DNA of 64,000 bases from Ginglymostoma cirratum (Eukaryota): contig JAHRHZ010000051.1 in assembly GCA_024137785.1 (NCBI GenBank), positions 12,012,824-12,076,823 on the forward strand, given 5' to 3'. The position numbers and the translations under genes are program-made. A model generated the notes under the pieces. It saw nothing but the letters and a program-made list of their open reading frames with translations. It searched no databases and was not told the DNA's origin. Position 1 is the stretch's first letter; each line of letters opens with the position of its first letter. Shown in pieces: positions 1 through 13,380 of the stretch.

Positions 1-98
1 TTTCCTCTGGGTGCTCCCATTTCATCTCACGATCAAAGTGCAGCTTAGGTGGATCGGCTATCCTAAAAATTGCCCCGTAGTGTGCAGGGATGCGTAGG
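1..98 (+). mobile_element. HE1-type (shark tRNA-derived) SINE, internal fragment
   Basis: tttcctctgggtgctcc...gtgcagcttaggtggatcggctatcctaaaaattgccccgtagtg matches the body of the HE1-type copies at 31627 and 33975. Confidence 0.75.
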
Positions 99-511
99 TT
101 TACTGTCACATGACCCATGTAAGTGCAATTAAAAGTTTACATAGTTGCCACTTACAGTGCTATCTTAGATACAAAGGTACCTAAGTACAGGATCTTAGGA
201 ATAAATTAGAAAAATAAAGAAATAAAAAGTTCAGTATTACAGTCCTTCATGCAGGTCCCATTGGGCCTTGCCTCCAGACTGTGCAGAACTCAACCTTATA
301 CTGCACAAAGGGTGCAGCCCCGCTCCAGGCACCGAGCTCCACCACAGCTGGCAGTCCCAGAGTCCCCGAGACCAGGCTCCGGGCCTACTGATCTGGGCAC
401 TGGCACACTGCTGCTAACAACCATCTGACACTGCTCCGGCTTCCCCACAATGTCAGAAGATGAAGGAAAAGACAAGAGAGAAAAAGGTGGAAGGGGTGGG
501 GTTGGGGGAAG

Positions 512-537
512 GAGAGATAGAGAGAGAGAGAGAGAGA
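512..537. repeat. (GA)n microsatellite
   Basis: gagagatagagagagagagagagaga. Confidence 0.9.
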
Positions 538-2126
538 CAGAAGGATGCAGCTGGCCCTCAGGGGCCCCAACACTTCTGATTACGGTGGCAAACACTGGAT
601 GTGCAGGCTCTCTCATGGGTGACTCAAGGATGCAGACAACCGTCTTCTCTGCAGGGCTCGAGAGATGCGAACATCCTTGCCCCTGGCTGGTTTAGCTGCG
701 CACCCTTCTCGTGTATGCCAGCCTGTCCTTCAAGAGAGAGGGAAAGATGTCAGTGATTGATTTGCACTGTGATTGGAGGGTGTGCCTTCCATGCTTCTCC
801 AGTTAGCGGTCTAGAGAGGAAGCGAGGGGTGAACGCGCAGGCTTCAGTATGTGAGTTAAGGTGTCACACCTGGGCATGGGTCCTGTTGCTAAGGACTACT
901 AATGGAGCTGTGGGGCATTGAGCAGCCTGAGAAGCTGTTGGAGTGCTGGGTAGGAGATGCTGTCAGCAGATGCCTTCACTTACCCAGGCCACCCACAGAA
1001 GATCATTGAACTCCTCGCAGCACTTTTTGCAGGTCACCCTCGGCTGAACACCACAACAAAGGAAACGAGGGGGCAGCACAAATCTTGCTTCATGAATGCC
1101 TGAATGGAATTAGGCCCATGACCACTGCACCCATTTACAGGAGCGATTGAACTTTTAGCTAATGCTCTTGAAATCACTAACTGTTTTTGAATAAATGCGA
1201 GCAATTTCTTAACATAGCCTCCACTAAACAGTTGTGACCACTCCCTTCACACCTCAACAGTTGTAAATAGCAGGGTGAGGAAGACAAGACTCTTTGATCA
1301 GACAGCCATACCTGGGCGTGTCAGTTTTTAGAAGGGCTCAAAATGCAGTGGTTTTCCTCCTTGCAGTTAGAGGGAGATGCCTGTGTATCAGCCACCCACT
1401 TTCCAGTCACACTTATTCCTTAATCCGTGATCAAGCGATAAAATAAAAGCCACAAGAATATGTATTAAGTAACACTTGAAGTAAGGGACGACCAATGCAC
1501 TATTATTTGAAATCACTTAGATTTAAGGTAAGAAATCTTGGCAGTCAAATGCTTCCTCTCATTGTCACTTCTATCTTGTACATTACTTTATCTTAACCCA
1601 CTCTGATGTCTCCCCATTTGGGTAACCTGCTCCCAAACAGCAATGCTACTCTGTAAGTGAGTACACTGAGACATCCACTTTCCCACAATTGTCTAGTCAT
1701 TATGTTACTCCCTATCTCAGTGTGACAGGTCCAATAGAGTGATGAATCACAAACGTTAACAGGTCACCAAAAGACTCCACAGGCTATATATAACTGTGAA
1801 AATACACAAGAGGCAAAGTGCAAGCATTAAGAAACTGTCTCCCAAAGCAAAGGCAAAAATGTAAAGAGGTTTTTACGTGAACAGAGATGTGATGTTTCCC
1901 TTGAGAATGAAATCCGTACTTTATGTAGCTTTAGCCAAACAGATCCAGACTTGCTTATACTCATAATGAATTGATCTTAGTTGCAGTAGTGTTGGGACCA
2001 TTACAATTTATCAGCGCAGCAGCAGAAGTGTACAGCTTTACCCCTCGAGTGTCTTCCATTAATGAGATTATGTCAGGTCCACTCCATACAACTGTCGTCA
2101 CATCTCTTGATATGTTTAAGAAAGTC

Positions 2127-2615
2127 GAGTCACAGAGTCAAAAAGCAAGGAAACAGACCGTTCGGACCAACCAGTCCACACCGACCATGTTCTCAAACTG
2201 AACTAATCCCATCTACCTGCACCTCCAAACCATTCCTATCCATGAACTTATCCAAATGTGTTTTTAATGCAGTAAATGTACTCGCATCCACCAATTTGGT
2301 AGTTCATCCCACATATGAACCACAAAAAATTGCCCCTCGTACCCATTTTAAATCTTTCTCCTCTCAACTTAAAAATACGTCCCCTAGTTTTGAATTCCCC
2401 CACCCTAGAGACAAGGCCCTTGTCATTCACCTTATCTATGCCCCTCATCATTTTATAAACCTCAATAAGATCACTCCTCAACCTCCTACGTTGAAGTCTA
2501 ATTTCTAGTCTATTTTTATATCTCCAACCCTTCATTTCTGGGAATATCCCAGGAAATCTTTTTCTGAACCCTCTCCAGTTTAATAATATCCTTCCTAGGA
2601 CCAGAACTGCACAAA
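2127..2615 (-). mobile_element. CR1-clade LINE (HER1-like) 3' fragment
   Basis: Minus ORF 2248-2637 has the CR1 ORF2 C-terminus (RRLRSDLIEVYKMMRGIDKV...KTRG); followed by the 3' UTR/tail also seen at 13381, 29417 and 30788. Confidence 0.9.
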
Positions 2616-3249
2616 GTCTATCAATTTCTGATATCAAGTTAACAATTGATCTCCTGATCCAATGTGATTTCTGAAAGAGAATTCTAAACTGCTATTAACA
2701 CAGACAAGTGGAAATATTTCCTAATTTCATTCAGAAAAAGCCTGACTAAAAACTTTTTTGACTTTGTCCTCATGTCCTCCACTCCCCAATCAGTGGAAAT
2801 ACTTCCTCAATGCCCTGCATTCATGGAAGGGTAAACAGAATAGTGGCCAGGTTTCCTGTTCTAGAGTGCTGTCCAGTGAAATGTGTGAGCGAGTGTCAAG
2901 AATAAGCTGGAGAAGTACTGGTAATGATGCCCCTCACGACCATATGCTGTCAGGGTGAACAAAAACAAGTTAACCTTCACAAGATGGGATGACAGTCACC
3001 AGAGAACAGAAATGAGAAACCATGAGTGTGAAGGAAATCCATCACATAGCAACCTTGACATTACTGTGAATTAAGTTGCAATTCTGAAAAATGAGGTGCA
3101 AAGGAATTAAGAAAAAAAATGTTGAAAAGTCCCCAGTTGAAGGAAGTGAGCAACTGAAATTTAAGTTATGCAAATGTACAACTTTTTTTTTCCAAACTTC
3201 ATGACTGCTGTCCAATTCACCAATTTACAATAAAAGGCACTGGGTTTTT

Positions 3250-3607
3250 TTTTTATTCATTCAAGGAATGTGGGCGTTGTTGGCTAAGCAGTATTTATTG
3301 TGCATCCCTAGTTGCCCTTCAGAAGGTGGTGGTGAGCTGCCTTCTTGAACCGCTGCGGTCCACCTGCTGTGGGTAGACCCACATGACAGTTAGGGAGGGA
3401 ATTCCAGGATTTTAACCCAACGACGCTGAAGAAATGGCGATATAGTTCCAAGTCTGGATGGTGAGTGGCTTGGAGGGGAATTTGCAGGTGCTGATGTATC
3501 TGCTGTATGTATCCATGTATCTGCCGGCCTAGCTTCTTCTAGATGGAAGTGGTTGTAGTTGAAAGATGCTGTTTAAAGAGCCTTGGCGAATGTTTGCAGT
3601 GCATCAT
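3250..3607 (-). mobile_element. CR1-like LINE 3' end (second family)
   Basis: attcattcaaggaatgtgggcg...ccctagttgcccttcagaaggtggtggtgagctgccttcttgaaccgctgc; the same tail occurs at 24488 and 52530, and in sense at 3680 and 9255. Confidence 0.75.
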
Positions 3608-3679
3608 CACTTAATGAGAACACAATTACCCTGTGGCCCAGTATGCCCCTATATGATACATAATAAAACGTCCTTAACA

Positions 3680-3806
3680 GTCTACCTACAGCACACAGAT
3701 TATGGTGGTTTAAGAAAGCAGCTCATCACCACCTTATCAAGGGCATCCAAGGATAAGCAATAAACACAGCCCAGTCAGTGATACCCACATCCCACCAGTG
3801 AATAAA
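3680..3806 (+). mobile_element. CR1-like LINE 3' tail, inverted relative to 3250-3607
   Basis: aagaaagcagctcatcaccaccttatcaagggcatccaaggataagcaataaa...cccacatcccaccagtgaataaa is the degenerate reverse complement of 3255-3360. Confidence 0.7.
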
Positions 3807-6800
3807 CACTGATTTAGAAAAACTGACAAAATCCTAGTACTGCTACATCAGAGATTTAAAGAACAGGGGTGGAGGTGGGGTTAAGAGTCATAGAAACTTC
3901 TAGAAAGCAATGGAATGTTCAGTCAACCAAGCCAGAACTGGGTGGCACCCCCAGCACCAACTTGGATTGCAACTGTCAAGGTCTAGCTTGATAACATGGT
4001 CAGTTGATGTTTCACAAGATGAACAAGGAAAGTTGTTGTTAGATCTTCTGATTGTCAGTCTCAGGATGTGGCTGGAGGTGGTGGTGGTGGTGAGAAATTT
4101 GCTCATTATTAGCCATTTTTTGCTGTCTTCAGAAGGTTGTGGAGGGGGAGGGTGGGGTGGATATGGAACTGCTTGAAGTGTTGCACTCCTTGTGGTGAAG
4201 CTGCTCCCTCAGAAGTGCACCGCAGATCGCATTGTTATCGATTTAAATACTTTAATATGGAGTTGCAACAATTCAACATTGCAATGATGTAGCGTTACAG
4301 AGTTTATCGCATAAAGATACAATCGTAATGGATTCCAATGAGTGAACTGCACATTTTTGTTTTTGTCTATTCATCATCATAGTAATGAGGGCACCGATAC
4401 AACGATTACAAATTTTGCATTAATTCTATCACTGTAAATAAATGTCCGAAATTACTTCATGGACAAGGTTATAGAAAATGGGACAGATAAGTTAGGAAGA
4501 ATGGATGAAAACTGAATTGAAGACACTTTTTTTGAGGAGATTTGTTTTGAACGAAGTGGAGAGAGATGTGGAGTGGTTGAGTTCTAGTGCCATAAACCAG
4601 GCTAAAGAACTCGAAGACTCTACTAAAAATGGTGGGATGGTGTTAAAGGGATGCACAGGAGGTTGAAGTCAGATGAAGAAAATGCTCTTGAAGAAATGTA
4701 GGAGAAATACAGTGGTCAGTGCTATAGGCAATGAGATCCTGGGTCATTTCAGCACTGACTTGGGTCATAGGAGCAATAGGCAAACCTAACTTAGCTGGCA
4801 CAGGTTTAATGCAACCGTATTTTGGACAATTTGAGGGTTAGACTAATTGGGCCTGGGAGTTCAGACGTTTTATAGCTGTAACTAGCATGGTGTCCAAGCT
4901 GAAGACTATACTACACATTATCAAATTTAAAATGGAATCAAGTATTTACAATAAAAGCTAACTGACATTAATAACCATTACACACAATAGAATTACTAGC
5001 GAACACTGTGATTGTGGTATGAGATCTGTTCGTGCTTGTAATTGCTAAAGCACATTTGCAATTAATGTGAGTATAGTCATTTAACATTTAATTGCCTCAG
5101 CAGTAAAGCTGCAGGAGAGGTTTTCTTTTGTTTTGGATGGATGCTGTGCTTCTTTTGGAAATCTCAAATTGAATTTTATGCCCACAGTGGGTGTCATGTC
5201 ATGGGCATCATTCCCTGTGCCTACCTGATGGTTCTTGCCACAATTGTACCAGTGAATGGGAAGGCCCACTGTATAGCAATTAATGGTACAGTGGCTGCTT
5301 GCAAGCTAGCTGAGCCATTGTGGGAAAGGCCTGGACTAGGCATGTGCTCTGGTAAGGGACAGGGATGGTGGTGATGCTGGAGGTGGGGGTATTTGGTATG
5401 CATAAAGCTACAAAAACAAACTGCTATTTGCTCCAAAAGGTTTTAAAGAAGATATCTATTTACAAACTGATTTCAATGCTACTGTCAAGCCAAAAGGTAT
5501 TTTGTAAATCCCTGGCACGCTCTTCTGTCCAGAATTTATAGAAATTGCGTTCTGCCAAGATGCATGGAGTGTATGTGCATTTTGAGAGCTGGAAAAACCA
5601 TTAAATGTCTTTGCTGAAAGAATGTTCTAATCTGTTTAAGGTGGCAGAGCAGGCTCAGTTACTTTACTGCTCCATTCTGATGTCTCATGATTTATGGGTG
5701 ATTTTGTTTCCACTAACTCGCTTTCCGAGAAAGTTTAACCATGGTACGGGATGATTAACAGTTCTGCAGAATGAAAGCGACTGTCCATAAGACTTGGGTA
5801 TCTGTACTTTCCAGATCAACAGAAATGTTTTATCAACTGTTTGGGAAGCTTCATTTGCAAATGCTTCCTGTCAGCATGCTGTACAGCAGTGAAACCTGAC
5901 TGCACACCAAGATGAATCATTTCAAAAACTTCATTTCATTTATCGTTCTCACAGGTGGCTTGGAAAGACACATGCTTATGGCCTTTCCCCACCCTTGCTT
6001 TTCACTTTATTTTAATTTCTAATGAAAAAAAAATTCAACAGTTAAATGACTCATTAAATTGAAACCTTCACTAAAGCTAAAACACAAGTAACAGTTTAAA
6101 AAGTTTGCCTGAATCTTACTGTGCTTATACATTTTCTCAGGCCAGAGCTGAATGGTAAGTGTGGAATGACAAATAAGCTGTGGGGTCCTGATAATGTGGT
6201 AAAGTATCAAAGGTCAAAGGGCAGCAATCACAACAGCATTAGCAAGAAGGGGAACATGTGCTTAAAAATATCTGGAGACAATTGGCTTTCAACTGGATTC
6301 TTATTGAAAATTGTGCAATAAGTGATAACAAGAATGCTGATTCAAGACCGCCCTCCCTGCCTAGAATGCCATCACCAAGAATTGTATCCCATCCTTAACC
6401 TAACTTGGGTTAGCTAACTCAGTCCGAACATAATGGTGTGCTCCCTTACATGCTGCTTCATCAAACCAACAAACTATCATCAAATACATTCTCTGCCAAA
6501 TTCAGTCTCCCTTGGCCAAGGACTGCAAATACGGTCAAACACATCTCTACACTGCTGCTAAATACCCTTCAGTGGCAGCTGGGGATGCAGATGGCACCAG
6601 ACATTGATCATCTCCAGTTTCTAATTTACTCAAGCTTTTTCGAAAGACAATGCTTCTGAAACAAGATTCTTGTTATTACAGGAGAAAACCTCTCATTTCT
6701 CCTCCTCTTCTCCAATTAGGAATATTTTGGGAAGTGGGCAAAGAATCAATCAGAACAAATTGCAACTTTAATGCAGTGACAGATCTCAAAGCAGCAACTA

Positions 6801-6834
6801 TTGAACATATGCAAATGGTAGACCTGGGTACACC

Positions 6835-6980
6835 CATTTAAAAGACATTTAGACAGGTCCATGTACAGGAAAGATTTAGTGGGATATGGGCCAAATGCAG
6901 GCAAATGGGATTAGTTTAGTTTGGGAAACCTGGTCAGCATGGACAAGTTGGACAAAAGGGCGTGGCAAGTGACTCTATAA
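6835..6980 (+). mobile_element. CR1/HER1 3' tail fragment
   Basis: catttaaaagacatttagacagg...gggatatgggccaaatgcaggcaaatgggattag matches 29793-29947. Confidence 0.85.
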
Positions 6981-7049
6981 AAACTTACACTGAACCATGT
7001 AAGGACATACAAAGATATTGACAAAGCTAAGGATTACCTTATGCGAAGA

Positions 7050-7600
7050 GAGTAGAGGTAGAAGGATCTTGGGAATGAATTTCAGCAGTAAGAGTTTAGA
7101 TGGCCAAAGGCGTAGTTGCCACTTGACAAATTATTAAAATTGGAATGTAAAGAGACCAGAAGTGAAGGAATACGGACATCTTAGAGGGTTGTACATCTTA
7201 GAGGGAGATAGTGAAGGGGAACAGCATTGAAAGATGTGAAACAAGGATTTCTATTTCAGCATTGCTGCACTGGGAACTAATATAACAACAGCATAGGAGA
7301 GACAGGTCAACAGGCTTCGATTTGAGTTACAAAGTGAGCAGCTGGGATTTGGATAACCTCAAGTGTTTAGAGAAGGCAAGGTGGATGTACAGCATTTAAA
7401 TCTTAGTCTAAATGCAACCAGGGTTGATAAGGGTAGTATTAGCAGTCAAGATGAGGAAGGAGCAGTTATGGCTCATTTTATGGAAGTGGAAGTAGGCTTA
7501 GAGAGGATATGGAAGCTTAGATCAGGGTCAAACAGCCTATCAAAGATGCAAGCAAAGGTCAACTTTAGACACAGCCAGGGAAAAGGGTGGAGTTGGTGAA
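7050..7600 (-). mobile_element. Old L2-like LINE remnant
   Basis: Degenerate antisense L2-type 3' region (gaatttcagcag...ttagatcagggtcaaacag); heavily decayed, recognised by eye. Confidence 0.4.
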
Positions 7601-8373
7601 TCAGTTAAGACTATTTGTGGACACAACTGTAAACAGTAGCCAGCGAGAATAGGTTCTTCCCTGTTCACTATTTCTATGGTGTGCAAACACAAATAGTGAT
7701 GCACATTGTCCAAGATAAATTGCAAAGGACCTAAACATTCTATATTGTTCTTAAAAGTAACAGCATTCAACATGACAACCTGTCAAGCAATTATGAAACA
7801 AGGCACATACTGTTATATACAATACTACCTGTAGGAAGCCCTTCTTCACTGCTTCTGTTATTTTCATTCAGAGAATTCCAAAATTAAAATGAAGATGTTT
7901 TGAATTAAAAGGACAAACATTCTCAAATGTCAATATTTGTCTACAAAACTGGCTTATATACTACTTTATTGATTGTAGAAATATTCATGACTAGCCCAGA
8001 CTTCAATTTTAGAAACCTCCAATACTGAGCAGACAGTTCACCCAGGTCAATGTTTGTTTGTCAAAAAACAAAGGAATTTTCAAACAGTGAAATCGAACAG
8101 CACACAAAAGGTATTCACCATTATTTCTAATTGTCTGTGGACTGATCTTACCCTGATTGATCCAGCCAAGCATTAAGTAAACATAAATAAGTAAATGTCC
8201 TACCCTGGAAAGGTAGCCCGATTGTCACATATCTATCATGGCAATTGCAGTTTCTCCACCTCAGTGCAACCACTACACCGTAAATCAATGCACTTTTATC
8301 TCTCATCCAAGTGACAGGGGTTCCCCAACTGGCAGAACAATGCACAAAAGATTTTTACTGGCCTCGGCGAGAC

Positions 8374-8545
8374 TTTTATTTTATTCATTCATAGAATGAG
8401 GGCATCACTGGCTGGACAGCATTTATTGCCCATCGCTAATTGCCCATAAGGCAGTTAAGAGTCAACCACATTGCTGTGCATCTGGAGTCACATGTAGGCC
8501 AGCCTGGGTAAGAATGGCAGTTTCCCTCCCTGAAGGGCGTCAGAA
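8374..8545 (-). mobile_element. SINE-like element with CR1-derived tail
   Basis: Antisense CR1 tail (attcattcatagaatgagggc...gcatttattgcccatc) joined directly to ggcagttaagagtcaaccacattgctgtg...tttccctccctgaagg, which is not LINE body. Confidence 0.6.
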
Positions 8546-9490
8546 CGTTACCTGGGTAATCAGGCAACACTGGGGAACGTTGACAGGGCAGAAAATGAAA
8601 AGTGAGATGACCACATTCATGAGAACAGGGAAGCTTAAGCAGAGAATTACAGGAGTCACCCAGCTTTTGATGAGGTGAATTGGCAAGACATTACTGCAAC
8701 TGACCAGCATATGGATAACTGGGGGCCATGAGTTTAATATGGTCAGCAAAACAGAAAGACTAGAAGTTCTTATCTAGACCAAAACATTAAAGACTGTTAA
8801 GGCAAGGAATCTGAGAGGGGGAGGTTGAATATTGTGACAGCTTTGGAAAGGCAATTGGGTAAATGTGTGAAATAGCTGCTTTAGCTGCATATTATTGTTT
8901 GTATTCCCTAAGTTTTGGTATGGACAGTACTGGATAAACCAGACACGTTTTGCTGATATGGTTATCTTGATAATAAAAACATGTAAATGGCAATGATCGA
9001 AAGTTGGGTCTTGAAGATGAGGCTGTGAATATTTCCTCTGGCAGCTTGTTCCATTGTGGGATTATCCTTGGGAAGCAAGTTTATTGATCCACTGCCTTGG
9101 AAAGAGATAATATTTGTAGTTTGTGTGGATGGCTCGTCTTTCGTCATTACCAGAGGGCACAAAGTTCTTGTTTGCCACAAGTCCATTCCACATTTTATAG
9201 AACATGGGCAGTCTTTTTCTTATCATTGTTTGCTGTGGTGGTTCGTATTCCAAACAACTCAACAAGATTCCTTTGACAGTACCTTTCAAACCTGAAACCT
9301 CTACCAGCTAGAATAACAAGGATACAGATACATGGGAACACCACTACCTGGAAGTTCCCCTCCAAGCCACTCACCAGCCTAATTTGGAACTATATTGCTG
9401 TTCTTTTATTATTAGGTCAAAATTGTGGAACTTCCTTTATAACAGCACAATTGGGGTCACTACACAACAAGGAATGCAGTGTTTTAGGGA

Positions 9491-9675
9491 GATAAAAGGT
9501 ACTGCAGATGCTGGAGAATCTGAGATAACAAGGTGTGGGCTGGATGAACACAGCAGGCCAAGCAGCATCATAGGAGCAGGAAAGCTTGACGTTTCGGGCC
9601 TAAACCCTTCATCAGAGGGTCTTCATCAATGTTGCTTGGCCTGCTGTGTTCATCCAGCCCCACACCTTGTTATCT
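9491..9675. mobile_element. Palindromic non-autonomous Penelope-like (pLTR-derived) insertion with hammerhead motif
   Basis: Inverted arms; perfect 14-bp TSD cagtgttttaggga at 9477-9490 and 9676-9689; minus-strand CUGAUGA-A-GGG UUUAGG CCC-GAAA-CGUC at 9588-9615. Confidence 0.85.
9588..9615 (-). ncRNA. Minimal type I hammerhead ribozyme core motif (stem I weak)
   Basis: Reverse complement reads ctgatga a ggg tttagg ccc gaaa cgtc; all core nucleotides present, palindromic ACGU stem III, GUC cleavage triplet. Confidence 0.6.
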
Positions 9676-9884
9676 CAGTGTTTTAGGGACGTATCTCAGC
9701 AACACTTTCTCCAGGGTAATTACAGATTGGCAATTAACCACGGACAGACACACATCACATGAATAAATGGAAAATGAACAAGAAACATCTTCAATCATAG
9801 ATATGACACAGGTATTTGTCCCATGCTGTTTTACTCTGTAGGCAGAGGTAATAGTATTGAGACATTGACACATTACTTGCTGAA

Positions 9885-10180
9885 AGGATGCCTCCCCTTT
9901 TAGGGGAGTCTAGAACTAGGAGTAACAATATTAGAGTGTCTTATATTTAGGACAGAGATTAGCATTTTCTTTTACTTTCATAAGGTTGAGAGGTTTTAGA
10001 ATTTGCTTCCCCAGAGAGTGGTAGAGGCAGAGAAATATATCTTTAAGGAAATGGGAGTCAGAGTATCAATGATGAGCAGGAATGTAGATTTGAAGTCACA
10101 ATCTGATCTGTTATAATTTAATTGAAAGACGCGGCAGATTCAAGGGCCTGAATAGCCTACTCCTAATTTATGTGTTCATA
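9885..10180 (+). mobile_element. Old CR1 3' fragment
   Basis: aggatgcctccccttttaggggagtctagaactagg...gcctgaatagcctactcctaattt resembles 34560-34860. Confidence 0.65.
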
Positions 10181-12049
10181 TGAATTGCACAGTATGCTTT
10201 TGGATTGCTTCAATTTTATTTATATCCCTCACTGTAAAAGATCCTACGGACAACTTGAGTACTTCAGAATTGGAAAAAGAAATGGGGTTAAAATATTGAT
10301 AGTATTGTTGCAATAATAAATATTTTGTATATATATATATCTTAACAACCCTATTTGCTTTGGATGTTTATTTATTTGTATAAATGGATCTGTATAACAG
10401 CAATGACATTCAACCCAAAGAGAGTCTTGAGCATTGTTCTAGGATTCATTTTGTATCAAAATTCGAACATGCATATCTCTAATAGGTTGCCATTTTTCAT
10501 ATAAGGTTGCCCTAATGGAATCTAGTGATGCAGTTTCCTGCCAAAAGCGTTATTGACTCACCTAAGGAAGGTCCAGCAAGTTCACATCTTTAGTCAATCA
10601 GGTAGGAGAATAATAGAGGTTCCTGCGATTATACGGAATACAATTATATAGACGTTCAGTCCACTCTAACAGCTACGGTCAGCCATGGAGTTGAACTTCT
10701 TTATATTTTTCTTTATTTTCCATTAAGAGGGAGTCCACAGTGTTCCACAGACAAATTACTGGGAGAGTTTAAGTGCAATATCCTCAGGTGACTTGATTTA
10801 AGGATAGATGGCACAGTTTGAACACAAATCTTCCCAACTGCATACAATTACAATTAATTGCCAAAAACATACAGCAAAAAAAAACCCAGTTCCCTAACAT
10901 AACTACTAATGCTCCCCTGTGAAAGAATTTTCCACTTTCATGTGCATACTGACGTATTAATAGCTTGAAAACCCCAAAATGCACCAATTAAAGAGGGCAG
11001 TTTCACTTCTGTCCATTGCAGTGTTCGAGTACTCATTCAGACCCATTTAACTCCATCACTGCAGAAATCACCAAATTAAACATCACTTTCCATTGCAACA
11101 GCCTCTGTCCACTTCAATGCCCTTGCAAATTGCAAAATTTACTCCTACATTCCCTTGTTTCGGCAAAGCCACACACGTATGGATTCATCCATCCTGCATC
11201 CACTTTAAACTCAAGGTACAATTCTAATCAGGCAAAATCTTGAGCAGCAAATCAAATGTTACGGGCATTACATTACAATGAACCATTCTTGCATTCTCAG
11301 TATAATTGTGCCAGCCAAGCTACCTTATGAGTGGAAGGTCACTGTTGTAGGGAAGCAGGAAAAACATCCCTGCACATCCCTGGAATTGATTTGCTGTAAT
11401 TTGGAAAATGACAAGTGATATAGATCATACAATGACTTGGTCTTCTGTTTCTTGCCAATCAGGATTTTCTCGGGGAAGTGAAAAACACCTTATGCCTCTG
11501 GTACTGGAGGACTCCCAATGAAGGGAGAATGGGATTGAGTTTCTACCTCAATCACATGGAACTGGTGTCAGAAAATAATACACTGGCCTTACTGGCAATC
11601 AAGGTAGAAAAACCTTGCTATGATTTTTCATCAATAAAACTTACAAAACGTGTGCTCCTTGTACCTCATGTTTTCAATCCCAGTTTTACAAACATTTAGC
11701 ACAATGAAAAGCTCCTTTTTAATATACCTGGCTGATGCATGCACATGTTCTCCTCAAATCCACTCTGGGCTGTATGGTGACATTTGGGCATTGCTGTACA
11801 TCACTCGAACAAAAACAACTTTTAAGTTCTCGGCAGAGCGTAGTTCATAATAACCGTGAGAAACCAGTGACATGGAAGCTTGCCAAATATGAGAGTTGCT
11901 GGCACGTACATATTTTGATTTTCTTAACAACTTGGACTTAGATCCACTGGGCATTATTTCAAAGTTTACAAAAGACACAAAAGCTTTGGGAAGTTTAAGG
12001 GATGAGGAGATAGCAGCAGATTCCAGGAGGGAGAGACAAACTGGTGGGA

Positions 12050-12665
12050 TGATTGATGATAGTTAATATAGGAAGGTGTACCTGCAGCATCTTCTAGGTA
12101 GAATGAGGAAAAGCAATGTACATGAACTGAAACCATTTTAAAAGGGGTGAAGGAACAGAGAGACCTGGCAGTTTATGTGGAAACCTTTGAAGGTGGCAGG
12201 GCAGGTTTAGAAGGCTACTTAAATTCAAAACAAAATACAGGATCTTTGGCTTCATAATTGAGGCACAGAGTACAAAAGCAAGCAAATAATGCTAAACCGA
12301 GATCAATCATGAGATAATGCTCCCAGTTGGGCCACTTTCCAATTCTGGGCATCATACATCAGCAAGGATGTCAAGGCTTTGGAGTCAGTACTGAAGAGAT
12401 TTACTGAAATGATATCGAGGTGAAACTCTTGAGTCCAGAGAGACAGGGAAGGTCCAGAGAATATTTAATAGAGGTATCCAAAAGTAAGGAGGGAAATAAA
12501 GAGAAACTGCCTCCACTGGCTGAAAAAATAATATCAGGGGACACAGCTAAGAGGTAATTTGCAAATTAATCTGCGATAACATTTGGAGATTTTTTAAATA
12601 GTGAGTTATAATTATAAAGATCTGGAATGGATCATCTGATATGGTAATAGAAGCAAAGTTAATAA
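12050..12665 (+). mobile_element. Old CR1 ORF2 3' remnant
   Basis: gaggcacagagtacaaaagcaagcaaataatgcta...caattctgggcatcatacatcagcaaggatgtcaaggctttggag, degenerate CR1 RT C-terminal coding sequence. Confidence 0.6.
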
Positions 12666-13127
12666 TAGCCGTTAAGGACCAAGTCTTTGTATTTTGTGTT
12701 TTAAAAATCTGGGGACTGAAATGAGAAAGAACGGTTTTAAAAATGCGTTCGAAAGAGGGACTGCAGTTTTGAAAGTAGGTAACTGGATACCCAGAACAGG
12801 CATTGCAAAAAAATGTTTAAACAAGCAGTAATTGAAGTTCAGCTTGCAAATGATCTGGGGCCAAGGGTGTGCCCTGATGCAGCTCTTGTTGGCAACAAGA
12901 AATTGATTGGTTTGTGAACTAGTGATAGGTATCAATGAAAGAGACCTTTTGCTTGCCGATAACAGCATAATTGATTCTCAGGTAGCTGAGCAGTTTGGAG
13001 CTGGAAACTAGTTACAGAGACAGAGAGAAAGATGTGTGCATACTTTCTCTTAGGCTGGAAGCTGCCTATTCTCTGCAGTCAAAACCTCAGTTTAAATTTG
13101 AAGAAAACCAATTACCTTTTCTGCAGT

Positions 13128-13343
13128 GATAGTAGGAACTGCAGATGCTGGAGAATCTGAGATAACAAGGTGTAGGGCTGGATAAACACAGCAGACCAAG
13201 CAGCATCAGAGGAGCAGGAAGGCTGATGTTTTGGGCCTAGACCCCATTTCTGAAGAAAGTTCTAGGCCCGAAACGTCAGCCTTCCTGCTCCTCTGATGCT
13301 GCTTGGCCTGCTGTGTTCATCCAGCTCTACACCGTGTTATCTC
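13128..13343. mobile_element. Palindromic non-autonomous PLE insertion with hammerhead motif
   Basis: ~85-bp inverted arms; 14-bp TSD accttttctgc(a/g)gt at 13114-13127 and 13344-13357; plus-strand CUGAAGA...GAAACGUC at 13250-13277. Confidence 0.88.
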
Positions 13344-13380
13344 ACCTTTTCTGCGGTAGTTGCTGAGCTGAGACTTGAAA

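Larger units (their letters stand above)
9255..9775 (+). mobile_element. CR1-like LINE 3' end interrupted by a palindromic PLE insertion
   Basis: atgggaacaccactacctggaagttcccctccaagccactcacc... resumes after 9690 and ends cacatcacatgaataaat. Confidence 0.75.

Noticed and set aside
296-695. ORFs of 106, 62 and 81 aa
   Set aside because: Driven by GA microsatellite and GC-rich low-complexity sequence; no recognisable homology
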